A stretch of DNA of 64,000 nucleotides, taken from the IMG/VR virus record IMGVR_UViG_3300036861_000610, positions 64,001 through 128,000 of that record. One strand, 5' to 3'. Positions 46,243 through 55,183 of the stretch are shown here, in pieces. The notes under the pieces are model-generated. The model saw nothing but the letters and a program-made list of their open reading frames with translations, had not been told where the DNA came from and searched no databases. The stretch's first letter is position 1; each line of letters starts with the position of its first letter. This stretch comes from a virus. The position numbers were made by a program, and so were the translations under genes.

Positions 46243-47207
46243 CCCGCGTGCTAATCACTGGAATTTCGGGACAGGCCGGCGGCATCTTGGCCAAACAGTG
46301 TCTGGCCAAAGGGGACACCGTTTTTGGTCTGCTTCGGTGGGTGTCGACCAACAAGCGGCACCAGCTGCAGCTGCAGCTGCCTGGTATCGAGCTGCTCGAC
46401 GGCGACCTCCAGGACCAGGCGTCACTGGAGCGGGCGCTGGCCATCGCCCAGCCCGATATCGTCTACAACCTCGGCGCTCTGGCCTCCTCTGGTCAGAGCT
46501 GGAACCAGCCAATGGCCATGGCCGAGATCAATGCGGTCGGACCGCTGAAGATGCTCGAAGCCATCAAGGTGCACAACAAGAACATCCGCTTCGTGCAGGC
46601 CTCGACGTCAGAGCAGTACGGCCGGGTCAATGAGCAGCCGCAGTCGGAGAAGACTCCGTTCGGCAGTCTCAACATTTACGGCGTTGCCAAGACGTTTGCC
46701 CACCAGGCCACCATCAACTACCGCGATAGTTACGGCATTCACGCATCTACATGTCTTATGCATAATTACGTTTCCTTGGACCGTAATCCATATTTTGTGG
46801 ACCGGAAAATCACACGCGCCGCGGCCCGCATCAAGGCGGGCCTCGATCACGAGTTGCGACTGGGCAACACCGACGCCTCCCGTGACTGGGGTTGGTGCGA
46901 GGAGTACATGCAGGCATGGCAGCTCGTTGCCGCGCATCACGAGCCCGGTGACTACGTCATCGCCACCGGCGAAACCCACACTGTGCAGGAGTTTGTCGAC
47001 AGGGCCTTCGCCTACGTCGGCCTCAACCCGGCCGAGTATGTGGTGCACGATCCGGCCTTCATGCGACCAACCGACATCCTGGAGCTGCGCGGTGACCCTA
47101 GCTACATCAAGAAGACCCTTGGCTGGGAGGCCACCGTCAAGTTCGACCAAATCGTCGAGAAGCTGGTTCAGCATGACCTTGATCAAATCGGCGGCACTCG
47201 TGGCTGA
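46239..47207 (+). CDS. gmd: GDP-mannose 4,6-dehydratase
   Basis: LITGISGQ.G, QASTSE.YG, YGVAK, RKITRAAARI, LGN.DA.RDWG, DYVIATGETHTV and RPTD..L.GD. Confidence 0.9.
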   Translation: MTRVLITGISGQAGGILAKQCLAKGDTVFGLLRWVSTNKRHQLQLQLPGIELLDGDLQDQASLERALAIAQPDIVYNLGALASSGQSWNQPMAMAEINAVGPLKMLEAIKVHNKNIRFVQASTSEQYGRVNEQPQSEKTPFGSLNIYGVAKTFAHQATINYRDSYGIHASTCLMHNYVSLDRNPYFVDRKITRAAARIKAGLDHELRLGNTDASRDWGWCEEYMQAWQLVAAHHEPGDYVIATGETHTVQEFVDRAFAYVGLNPAEYVVHDPAFMRPTDILELRGDPSYIKKTLGWEATVKFDQIVEKLVQHDLDQIGGTRG

Positions 47208-47979
47208 ACCTGAGCCCGAGTCGCCATTGGTCTCAGTGATCACGCCCACCTTCCCGGGTCGGGAGAAGGTGCTGCTGGAGCGGTGCATTCCGTCGGTGTG
47301 GGGTCAGAACTACCCAGGCCCCATCGAGCATGTCATCGTCACAGACGAGAACCCGAAGCTGGAGCTTCTTCTCGATGAGATCAAGTACCAGCGGTGGTGG
47401 CAGCTCGAAGAAGACCAAGTGGACCAGACCACAGGAGCGCGTCGTACGTCCCGGGTTGTTCAGATCAACGACATCTGGAAAAACCCGGCCGCACGGGCCG
47501 GCGAACGAGGTCTCCACGTCACCCAGAACAATGGGGCGTGGCCGTGGTTTCTTGGTAGCTTCCTGGGCCTCGGCCAATTCATGTCGTTTCTCGGCGACGA
47601 TGACGAGCTGCTATCGCATCACGTGTCCGCCCACGTGCGGGCCATGCAAACAGCCAGTGCGATGTGGTCGTTGTCGAGAATCGAGTTCCGGGCTCACGGC
47701 GCGTTTTGGAACGTCATCGGTGACGAGTCCTACGCTGAAGGGCACCTTGATGCAACCGGCATCATGTGTTGGAAGGATGCGTTGACCATAGCCAACTGGG
47801 ACCCGTGGGCAGGTATTGCCGCCGTGGACTGGAAGCTTGTCAATGACTGGCGTCAGCATTCGCTGCCAGGGATATTCATCCCCGATATTACTGGCGTCCA
47901 TCACGACGGGTGGCTCACGGGCTCAACAGGAAAGCCCTATCATGATCCGCCACCACCGCTGGCGATCCCCTCCCCGTAG
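47200..47979 (+). CDS. GT-A (GT2-like) glycosyltransferase
   Basis: PLVSVITPT..R...CI.SV.GQ.Y...EHVIVTD; FLGDDD; DW motif. Confidence 0.88.
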   Translation: MAEPEPESPLVSVITPTFPGREKVLLERCIPSVWGQNYPGPIEHVIVTDENPKLELLLDEIKYQRWWQLEEDQVDQTTGARRTSRVVQINDIWKNPAARAGERGLHVTQNNGAWPWFLGSFLGLGQFMSFLGDDDELLSHHVSAHVRAMQTASAMWSLSRIEFRAHGAFWNVIGDESYAEGHLDATGIMCWKDALTIANWDPWAGIAAVDWKLVNDWRQHSLPGIFIPDITGVHHDGWLTGSTGKPYHDPPPPLAIPSP

Positions 47980-47996
47980 GAGAGAGAGAAGGAACC

Positions 47997-48608
47997 GTGT
48001 CTAACCTTCGACCCGGTATCACGTGTCTTGTGGCCTGCCACCCGGAGCGTCTCTCCAACGGCCTAGCCGTGGAGTCGCTGGCTTCCATTGCCCGACAGAC
48101 CATGCAGCCAGACACCATCATTCTGGTAAACGACATGGAACGGGCTGGAGCCGGCCGCACTCGCCAGAAGCTTCTGCGCATGGTAGAAACCGAGTGGCTG
48201 GCCTGGTGCGACTCAGACGACCTTCTGCTACCTAAGCACCTGGAGACACTCTATAACCGGGCCCAGGAGACTGGCGCGGTGTTCGTCAACGCCTGGTTCA
48301 ATGCCCCTCACGACCCGCTCGGACACTTTGGCAAGCTTTTAGACCCTTGCAACCCACATCACACCACCATTACCTTCATGGTGAAAACCGAGCTGGCTCA
48401 GGAAGTTGGCTTCGAAGAATCCCTGGAAGACAGCCCATTTTCCGAAGAGGACTGGCGCCATATCGCCGGCATTGCAGCTCTGTGCTGTGAGCGCGGACTG
48501 AAAATGGAGCATGTCCCCGAGAAGACGTGGTGGTGGCGTCAGCAAGGACAGAACACGTCTGGCCTTCCACGGGGTGGCGACATAGTACAAAAGATTCTGC
48601 ACCGATAG
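47997..48608 (+). CDS. GT-A (GT2-like) glycosyltransferase
   Basis: SIARQT..P, GAGRTR, WLAWCDSDD and EEDW motifs. Confidence 0.88.
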   Translation: MSNLRPGITCLVACHPERLSNGLAVESLASIARQTMQPDTIILVNDMERAGAGRTRQKLLRMVETEWLAWCDSDDLLLPKHLETLYNRAQETGAVFVNAWFNAPHDPLGHFGKLLDPCNPHHTTITFMVKTELAQEVGFEESLEDSPFSEEDWRHIAGIAALCCERGLKMEHVPEKTWWWRQQGQNTSGLPRGGDIVQKILHR

Positions 48609-48617
48609 TCTGCCCTT

Positions 48618-49451
48618 ATGCCTACGTATGTGCAGCTGGGTTCCGAGGCTGTGTGGGGTGCTCAGTTCATCCCGCCGGTAATGAACGCTGGGCTGATCGG
48701 TCCGCTTCGAGTGTTCTATGGGCTGAGTTTCAATGCAGTGGGCTCCGCAGGAGACAACAACCACCTGTACGGCCGGCATCGCAGCTACAACTGGGACGTG
48801 TTGTCCAGGTTCTGCACGGACCGCGCATACGGCACCACGGATTCACGAGACCAGGGCGGCGACCGTAACTGGTATCGCGCAGTAGACGTCGGAATCACGG
48901 GCCAGCAGCTTTTCGACGCCAGTCACCGCATGGACGCGCTAGCACGTTCTGGAGAATGTCCAGGCCTCGCGGAATGGTTCGGCACCTTCGACGGAGTAAA
49001 CGTTGTTGGCTGGTTCCAGGGACAACCGGCCAGCTCCGACAGTTCGCACCTACTCCACCTTCATGCCGGAGTGTGGAACCAATACGCCAATGACGCTGCC
49101 ACCATGCAGCAGATTTATGGGGCCATCACTGGCACCGGAGGATCGCCACAGAAAGGCAAGGACATGTACGTCATTAGGGCGTGGCAAACCGGCGGCACCT
49201 ACAGCACCAATGGCACCACCTACTATCACCTCAGCAGTGGAGACCTAGTCGCCGCGGCCCTACGGATCGCCGGCCAGACCGAGCCAATCCCCATCGATGC
49301 GGGCGAGCTGCCCGCGTTTGGGGTAGACATTGAGTCGCTGCCGGTCACCTGCAACTGCGACTGCGGTGGAAGCGGCGGCGACGCAGGGCCCAGCGTGGCT
49401 CAGATCGCCGATGGGGTCGCAGACGAGCTGCGCCAGCGACTGGAGAGTTAA
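48618..49451 (+). CDS. Endolysin (Zn peptidase, M15/LAS-like)
   Basis: GD..H..GRH.S...AVDVG...SDSSHLLHLH (H, D, HxH ligands); precedes a holin-like gene. Confidence 0.7.
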   Translation: MPTYVQLGSEAVWGAQFIPPVMNAGLIGPLRVFYGLSFNAVGSAGDNNHLYGRHRSYNWDVLSRFCTDRAYGTTDSRDQGGDRNWYRAVDVGITGQQLFDASHRMDALARSGECPGLAEWFGTFDGVNVVGWFQGQPASSDSSHLLHLHAGVWNQYANDAATMQQIYGAITGTGGSPQKGKDMYVIRAWQTGGTYSTNGTTYYHLSSGDLVAAALRIAGQTEPIPIDAGELPAFGVDIESLPVTCNCDCGGSGGDAGPSVAQIADGVADELRQRLES

Positions 49452-49452
49452 G

Positions 49453-49908
49453 TTGCCTATCACACGTTCCAGGGTCCTCGTCCGCGCTCGCTACGGCTGG
49501 CCGCAGAAGACGGTCCCCTTTCATAAGACTGCGTTCCATCAGCCCGACGGTTACCGGACGGATGCCGCGGGGTATGTCAGCATGTGCTGGGACATCCCGC
49601 TGGGTGCGAAAAATTCGTGGGGTGGCCTGTCGACGGTTTCCATGGATACCGACGGCTGGTGTCAGGAGATTGACCCGATGGACTTGAAGCCCGGCGATGC
49701 ACTCGGGCTACTCGGACACGGGTCTGTTGGTCCCGACGGCGGAACGATCGTTCTGTTTGAATCGTGGCTGAATGGGGATTACACGACAAACTACGCAATC
49801 ACCTGGGAAATGCTCCCGGATGCATCTCCCGGGCCAGTCCGACGGCAACGTCCGTACGAGGGACACCGGTGGCACAGCTACAGGTATCGCGACATCATCG
49901 ACGACTGA
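49453..49908 (+). CDS. NlpC/P60-fold protein lacking catalytic Cys/His
   Basis: ITRSRVL.RA...GYRTDAAGYVSM.W...DLKPGDAL...GTIVLF; the canonical DCSG and GH are replaced. Confidence 0.7.
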   Translation: MPITRSRVLVRARYGWPQKTVPFHKTAFHQPDGYRTDAAGYVSMCWDIPLGAKNSWGGLSTVSMDTDGWCQEIDPMDLKPGDALGLLGHGSVGPDGGTIVLFESWLNGDYTTNYAITWEMLPDASPGPVRRQRPYEGHRWHSYRYRDIIDD

Positions 49909-49980
49909 AATAGAGGAGACCGGAGCTTTTTGCGTCACCCTGGAACTTGAAAAGGATCTCAGATCTGAGACGATCTAGGA

Positions 49981-50331
49981 ATGCGGAACGTGTCCTGGCC
50001 CTTGGCGGTGATGGTCTCCGTCGCAATGTTGGTCATTGGGGCTACGGCTCTACTTGATCGGGACATTGCGGGGGTGAGTGCGGCCATCACCACGATCTTG
50101 ATTGCACTGGGCCTGGCCGAACTTCGTGAGATCAAGACAAACACGAATGGAAACAACACTAGCCTGCTGGAACAGAACAAGGCGCTGATGGCAGAGATTG
50201 CCCAGTACCGACGGGATGCCCTCGACATCACCAACCGGGCTCTGGACTCCCAGCCGCTGCCCCAGCCGCCGAACTCAACCACCACAACTACGTCGCACTC
50301 CTCCAACGTTCCCAACCCGCCAGGCGCCTGA
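49981..50331 (+). CDS. Holin-like membrane protein
   Basis: Two hydrophobic helices followed by IKTNTNGN; lysis-module position. Confidence 0.6.
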   Translation: MRNVSWPLAVMVSVAMLVIGATALLDRDIAGVSAAITTILIALGLAELREIKTNTNGNNTSLLEQNKALMAEIAQYRRDALDITNRALDSQPLPQPPNSTTTTTSHSSNVPNPPGA

Positions 50332-50696
50332 TGGGCGGCTCGACGCGCACCTTTGAGTACGTGCTGCGACCCGGGGATACAGAGGGCGCTGAGAAGCTCC
50401 TGGGACGCGCCAAGAAGATCCTGGGCTGGGCCTGCGACGGCGACACCCGCATCGAATGCCATGGGATCACAGGTGAAGGGCTCGGCGTCATCACCTTGAA
50501 TCTGACAATCCGTCACCGTGATCAGTGGGCGTGCCGGCAGCTGGCCCAGGACATCTTGAGTCAGGTGATGTGGGGGCTAGAGAAGGGCGACGCTACTCAG
50601 CTGGATCTGCAGAGTCGTCGACAAGAGCCGCACACAAGAAGAGGATATGCGGGTGGGCGCACCAAAACCTGGAGGGAGACCCGCAACAACCCCTGA
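50331..50696 (+). CDS. Hypothetical protein
   Basis: TGATG coupling; last plus-strand gene. Confidence 0.55.
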   Translation: MGGSTRTFEYVLRPGDTEGAEKLLGRAKKILGWACDGDTRIECHGITGEGLGVITLNLTIRHRDQWACRQLAQDILSQVMWGLEKGDATQLDLQSRRQEPHTRRGYAGGRTKTWRETRNNP

Positions 50697-50702
50697 CCGA
50701 TT

Positions 50703-51044
50703 CTACGACTCAGGACTCAGGTCATCGAGGCCGAACGTTGATCCGTGGTTCGCATGGACGAACGAAGACGTTTCGGGGACCTCGAACTCTACGGTCTCCA
50801 CCGCCTCGTCCTCGTACTCCTCCTCGTCATCCTCCAGAAGCTCCTCCGCCTGACCCGTCTCCGTGAGGTAGTCCTCGTCGGTGATGGGCAGCGCGTAGAC
50901 CCAGCCTCGGAACATGGCGATGACGGCGTCCTCTTCGTCCAAGACCTCAAGGATGCTGTCGTTCTCCCCTGAGGTGGAGACAGTGACGCCGTCCTCGACG
51001 TAGAAGACGTTGTCTGCGGGTCGATCGATCTTGACTTTAATCAT
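50703..51044 (-). CDS. Highly acidic small protein
   Basis: D/E-rich 113-aa ORF, convergent with the late operon. Confidence 0.65.
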   Translation of the reverse strand: MIKVKIDRPADNVFYVEDGVTVSTSGENDSILEVLDEEDAVIAMFRGWVYALPITDEDYLTETGQAEELLEDDEEEYEDEAVETVEFEVPETSSFVHANHGSTFGLDDLSPES

Positions 51045-51056
51045 CGACCTATCATG

Positions 51057-51569
51057 TCATGACTGGTCGTACTTGAGCCGGTCCTCCTCGATGGATCGCG
51101 GAACCCACGTCCAATCTTCGTACTTCCTGGTCACGACATCCTCAAGGCCCCACCAGCACTCAAAGCCCCAGATGCTGCCACCCTCGTCAAGGTCGATCCT
51201 CGGGTTCTGGCCGATAGCTCTAAAAACCTGGGCAACTCGCTCAGACATAGGCACCGCACGCTGCAGCTCGTCCAGGTCCCGAGCTTCAGCACACCGCAGC
51301 TCATACTCGGCCTCGTCAAACTCCCCCTGCTCGAACTTCTGCTTGTGCATATCCAAGGACCACTGCAGCGACGAATTGGCGTCGTCGCTGCGCTGGATGA
51401 TGGCAGCCCAGTACAGATAGCCGTCAGAGCCTTCGACGGGAACGTCTTCATGGCCAGGCCGCGGATGCTCTCCGGCATAGATGCCGGCACCGTAGATGTC
51501 AACAGTCTTGGTTTCCGGTTCCGCGCAGGCCAGAGCAATGACCCGGGAGCCGATCTGGATAACGTTCAT
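51057..51569 (-). CDS. Hypothetical protein (NPRI.LD.G..IWG.ECWW motif)
   Basis: ATGA coupling to the upstream nuclease. Confidence 0.65.
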   Translation of the reverse strand: MNVIQIGSRVIALACAEPETKTVDIYGAGIYAGEHPRPGHEDVPVEGSDGYLYWAAIIQRSDDANSSLQWSLDMHKQKFEQGEFDEAEYELRCAEARDLDELQRAVPMSERVAQVFRAIGQNPRIDLDEGGSIWGFECWWGLEDVVTRKYEDWTWVPRSIEEDRLKYDQS

Positions 51570-52156
51570 GCGGTGACTTCCGCATCAATGATGTCGAGGC
51601 GCTCGAAGGTGGCAGTGATGGCCAAGGAGCCGTCCTCGCCGGTGACTGCATTGAATGCATCACGAGCCCAGCGAGCATCGTCTAAAGCGTGGTGGATTTT
51701 CCACGGTTCCGCCGGCAGCTTGACCTGCGGGCGCACCTCGATGAGCTGCTGTACATCGTGGGTAAACATTGGCACGCCGGCCGGCAGCTCGGCCATGGAG
51801 CCAAACAGTTGACACAAGACGACGTGATCGTAGGCGCCGTAGTAAGCCCACAGCTCGACGTTGGGGGTGCCCTGGATGAAGGCCAGGACGTCGGTGATGA
51901 GGTTGTCCAGGCTCATGGACACGTACTGGTATTCAGGGTGCTGCTCGTCCCATTCAAGGATTCCGGGACTTGCCTTGATGGGCAAATAGGGTCCGACGTT
52001 GACGGACAGCCAGGGGTGCTTGGACACGTTGGACAGGGACTCGGGGTTGATGCGATACAGCTCGGTCCCGTCTTCCCGGATCATGCCGATGGAGACGAGC
52101 TGGATGGGTAGATCACGGCCGCGTTCAACAAATTCACAGTCATAGAATAGTCTCAA
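51566..52156 (-). CDS. RNase AS/Rv2179c-like DEDDh 3'-5' exonuclease
   Basis: FYDCEF, LVSIG, WAYYGAYDHV.LCQLFG and HHALDDARW. Confidence 0.88.
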   Translation of the reverse strand: MRLFYDCEFVERGRDLPIQLVSIGMIREDGTELYRINPESLSNVSKHPWLSVNVGPYLPIKASPGILEWDEQHPEYQYVSMSLDNLITDVLAFIQGTPNVELWAYYGAYDHVVLCQLFGSMAELPAGVPMFTHDVQQLIEVRPQVKLPAEPWKIHHALDDARWARDAFNAVTGEDGSLAITATFERLDIIDAEVTA

Positions 52157-52167
52157 TGTCTACTCCC

Positions 52168-52212
52168 AAAAAAGGGACTGGTCCCCGCCAGCCGTAGCTG
52201 ACAGGGACCAGT
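52168..52212 (-). terminator. Intrinsic terminator
   Basis: ACTGGTCCC...GGGACCAGT stem followed by T6 on the minus strand. Confidence 0.7.
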
Positions 52213-52219
52213 GCTTTGG

Positions 52220-53485
52220 TCAAACCGTGGCGCCGCTGGCGTTCACAGTACGGCCATTTGCGTCGTTGATGTTTCCGGACCAGGCGATGTTGGGGTCGAC
52301 GCACTCGTCCGTCAAGCCGTAGGTGGCCGAGTGCTCGTTGCCTGTCTTGGCTGGATAGAAACGGTTGTTCCGTACGATCCAGTTTTTGCCGTTTTCGCTG
52401 CAGTACAGCGTGTAGGCGCCCGCGGACAAGAAGTTGTTCTCGATCGTCCACCCGCTGTTCTTGTCCGGGTTAGTGATGATCGAGGAGGTGATTGGGTTGA
52501 CTCCGGCGAATGTGTTGTGCCGGATGAGCACCCCATTGCCGCCTTGCGACTGGATGTCGTCGCCGTGCCCCTCAGAGGTTGCCTCGCGGGCCGACAGGTA
52601 CGAGTCGATGACGGAGGAGCCTTCGCCCATCTCCAGTGCGTTCTCGCAGTCGTGGATGTACACCCGCGAGGCCGCGAAGCGCGCCCAGGCGATGCCGGTT
52701 CCACGACCGTCCTTGCAGTTGACCTCGGAGTCACTGATGGTCAAGCTGCCGTTGCCAGTCATCTCCACGCCGTAGAAGCATGGCCCAATGATTCGGCTGT
52801 TGCGGATGATGACGTTGGGCGCCGCGACAGTGATGCAACCCATCGCCTTGCCGTCGATCACCGTGTTGGCGGTGGTGATTCGCTGCGGCCCCGTGTATGG
52901 GGTCAGCGTCAGCACCTTCACGCCAGTTGAGCCGCCGGGTCCGGCTGTGGGGTAACCACAGGCCGCGAGCCGGTCGAAGCAGCCGGTCAGCACCGTTCCT
53001 GGCGGCGTGGTGGCTGGGGGTGTAGTCGCCGGGGGTGTGGTGACCGGTGGTGTTGTTGCCGGCGGGGTGGTGACCGGTGGTGTTGTTGCCGGCGGGGTGG
53101 TGACCGGTGGTGTGGTCGTGGGTGGTGCTGTAGTTGTGGGTGGCGGCGTGGTTGCCGGCGGCGTAGTGGGCGTTGCCGTGGGGCTGGTGGATGGAGTCGG
53201 CGAAGCCGTGGGGCTTGCCGACGGGCTGACCGTCGGGCTGGTGGACGGTGCGGCAGGCGGTGGACCGATGCAGGTCAGCGTCACCGTGAATGTGCCATCG
53301 GGCGCCACGGGGGCACTGACGGGCTTGTCGCATTCGACGGTGGGCTGTGCGCTGAACGTCCGGGCCGCGTACCCAGCGGTGGCTGGACCGGCAATGAACC
53401 ATGCGACCGCGAGGGCTGGGATGAGCCAGCGCGGTGTAGTAATTCGCCGATACCAGGGCTCTGGTGCTGCGTGTCTTGGTGCCAT
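52220..53485 (-). CDS. Membrane/secreted protein with Thr-Pro stalk and right-handed beta-helix
   Basis: N-terminal TM/signal; (TTPPV/TTPPA)n; GPQRITTANTVIDG...HGDDIQ pectin-lyase-like repeats. Confidence 0.8.
   Translation of the reverse strand: MAPRHAAPEPWYRRITTPRWLIPALAVAWFIAGPATAGYAARTFSAQPTVECDKPVSAPVAPDGTFTVTLTCIGPPPAAPSTSPTVSPSASPTASPTPSTSPTATPTTPPATTPPPTTTAPPTTTPPVTTPPATTPPVTTPPATTPPVTTPPATTPPATTPPGTVLTGCFDRLAACGYPTAGPGGSTGVKVLTLTPYTGPQRITTANTVIDGKAMGCITVAAPNVIIRNSRIIGPCFYGVEMTGNGSLTISDSEVNCKDGRGTGIAWARFAASRVYIHDCENALEMGEGSSVIDSYLSAREATSEGHGDDIQSQGGNGVLIRHNTFAGVNPITSSIITNPDKNSGWTIENNFLSAGAYTLYCSENGKNWIVRNNRFYPAKTGNEHSATYGLTDECVDPNIAWSGNINDANGRTVNASGATV
53000..53170. repeat. 15/30-bp tandem coding repeat (TTPPA/TTPPV)
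   Basis: GTGGTGACCGGTGGTGTTGTTGCCGGCGGG repeated. Confidence 0.85.
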
Positions 53486-53532
53486 TGTCGGTACTTTTCC
53501 TTCCAATTCTTACTTCACGGCATGTGCTCCGT

Positions 53533-54198
53533 TTAGGCCGTGGCATCACCCGCTTCTGCCTGATCAATAGTTCCCTGGACAATGCCAGAAACGGCGACGC
53601 TCGTAAACGTTGAGCGCTCCGCTTCTTCGGCCTCCAGGTAGTCAATGGTTGACCGGGTGCGGCCGTCGTAGGCGGCCCGGGTGCCGCCACTGCTGCGGGA
53701 ATTGCTGGTGGAAGTCGACAGGCCCATGCTGCGGCTCTGCTCGTTCCAGTCGCCGGGGCCGGTGCCGGAGAAGACGAACGCCCACTCTTTGGCTTCCAGC
53801 TCCTTGATGACGGCGGCGACGGAGGCGTTGTTGTATTCCGTCGACGAGTTCTCCAGACCGTCGGTCTGGATGTAGACGAACACCTTGTCGCCGGGCTCCA
53901 GTTTGGTCTTGGCCAGGAACTGCCGCAGGGTCTGGCCGACGGCGTCGAGCAGAGCGGTCATCCCGTCGGGCACGTAGTTGTGCTCATCGAAGCGCGTGGC
54001 CTGAGCCACGGGAACTGCGTTGTCGATGATGGTGACGGTGGTGTTGAAGACGGTCGAAGTGATCAGCACGTCTTCGCCGGCTGAGCCCACCTTGGCCGTC
54101 ACCTGGTCGAGGTAGGCGTTGTGGCCGCCGCGGACGTCGCTGGCGAGGAAGTTCATCGAGCCCGACGCATCGGTGATGAACAGGGCATGAACTGTCAT
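53533..54198 (-). CDS. von Willebrand factor A (vWA) domain protein
   Basis: MIDAS DASGSM; GMTALLDAVG; IQTDGLENSS.EY. Start at ATG 54198 after GGGAG. Confidence 0.88.
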   Translation of the reverse strand: MTVHALFITDASGSMNFLASDVRGGHNAYLDQVTAKVGSAGEDVLITSTVFNTTVTIIDNAVPVAQATRFDEHNYVPDGMTALLDAVGQTLRQFLAKTKLEPGDKVFVYIQTDGLENSSTEYNNASVAAVIKELEAKEWAFVFSGTGPGDWNEQSRSMGLSTSTSNSRSSGGTRAAYDGRTRSTIDYLEAEEAERSTFTSVAVSGIVQGTIDQAEAGDATA

Positions 54199-54202
54199 TT
54201 TG

Positions 54203-54622
54203 TTACTCCCATTCGGTGTCGCAGATGCATTGGACTTTTCCAGGACGTACCAGTTCCAGCTGGCAGTCCTGGTGGCAGCGCAGCCAGCCGCCGCTGGGGT
54301 TGTCGTAGTCCTCAACGTGGCCGAAGTCTGGCGGCGGCGGCTGAGGTCCCTGACCCCAACTGCGACGGACTCGGCGCTCGTTGAGCTTCTGGTTGTGCAA
54401 CTTGGTCGCATGGCAGGCGGTGGCCAGGTCAATGAAGTTGGCGACGACGGGGACGCCTGAGCTGGCCGACAAGGGCAGCAGGGTAATGCACCAGCCACCG
54501 ATGGTGTCGTCTTCTGACACATACCAGGGGTTGTTCATCACGTACCTGATCAGCTCGGGACCCTGGAGCTTGCGCAGCTCGTCAAGCTGCTGGACCAGCT
54601 CCTCGTTCATTCCGGCAGTCAT
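54203..54622 (-). CDS. Hypothetical protein
   Basis: GGAGG RBS; IGGWC and VRPGKVQC motifs. Confidence 0.6.
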   Translation of the reverse strand: MTAGMNEELVQQLDELRKLQGPELIRYVMNNPWYVSEDDTIGGWCITLLPLSASSGVPVVANFIDLATACHATKLHNQKLNERRVRRSWGQGPQPPPPDFGHVEDYDNPSGGWLRCHQDCQLELVRPGKVQCICDTEWE

Positions 54623-54626
54623 TGTG

Positions 54627-54649
54627 ACCCCCTCCTAGGGGTGAGCCTA
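54627..54649 (-). promoter_or_regulatory. -10-like TAGGCT next to an ACCCC-N6-GGGGT inverted repeat
   Basis: Minus strand TAGGCT-c-ACCCCTAGGAGGGGGT-caca-ATG. Confidence 0.4.
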
Positions 54650-54654
54650 GACAG

Positions 54655-54703
54655 ATGAAGGGCGCTTGTCACCCCCCGTTGTGGGTAACAAGCGCCCCTT
54701 CAT
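54655..54703 (-). terminator. Long GC hairpin, probable terminator
   Basis: ATGAAG.GGCGCTTGT.ACCC...GGGT.ACAAGCGCC.CTTCAT directly after the stop at 54707. Confidence 0.6.
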
Positions 54704-54706
54704 GCG

Positions 54707-55183
54707 TCAGCTGTTGACGCGCGCCGCCGCGATGGCGCTGACGATGACCCGCTGAACAGACTCCAGCGCCAGGTACTCGGGCATCAGCTGCCCCGGCATG
54801 GGCGCGGGCGGCTGGTGGCCCATGATGAGGCCCCGCAGGCCACGTACCGGCTCCAGCGGCATTGTGTACCGCCCCAGAGCGTTGATCGCGGCGGCCACCT
54901 CGTTGAGCCTGGCCTGGACGATCTGGTCGACCAGTTCCATCAGTTCCTTCGACGCGGTGAGCGTGACGCCGACGGCGATGTCCTGCACCCGGCCGTGGAA
55001 CTTCGAAACGGCCGCCTCGGTCATACCGCGGGCGCCGGCCGCCGCGCCCAGCTGCAGCAGCTGGACGGCCTGGTGCTGACTGCCGGGCCCCATGGCGTCG
55101 GGGGGCATGTACCGCACCGGCTGCTCCGGGAACATCGGCGCCGGCTGCTCTGGCCGCGTGGGCTGAACCATGTCGCCGCTCAT
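54707..55183 (-). CDS. Hypothetical protein
   Basis: ATGA coupling with the upstream gene. Confidence 0.6.
   Translation of the reverse strand: MSGDMVQPTRPEQPAPMFPEQPVRYMPPDAMGPGSQHQAVQLLQLGAAAGARGMTEAAVSKFHGRVQDIAVGVTLTASKELMELVDQIVQARLNEVAAAINALGRYTMPLEPVRGLRGLIMGHQPPAPMPGQLMPEYLALESVQRVIVSAIAAARVNS

Noticed and set aside
39998-48608. Glycan cassette as a DNA hypermodification system
   Set aside because: Not preferred: no hydroxymethylase, TET/JBP or base kinase is visible in the window and the cassette is in the late structural operon. It cannot be fully excluded.
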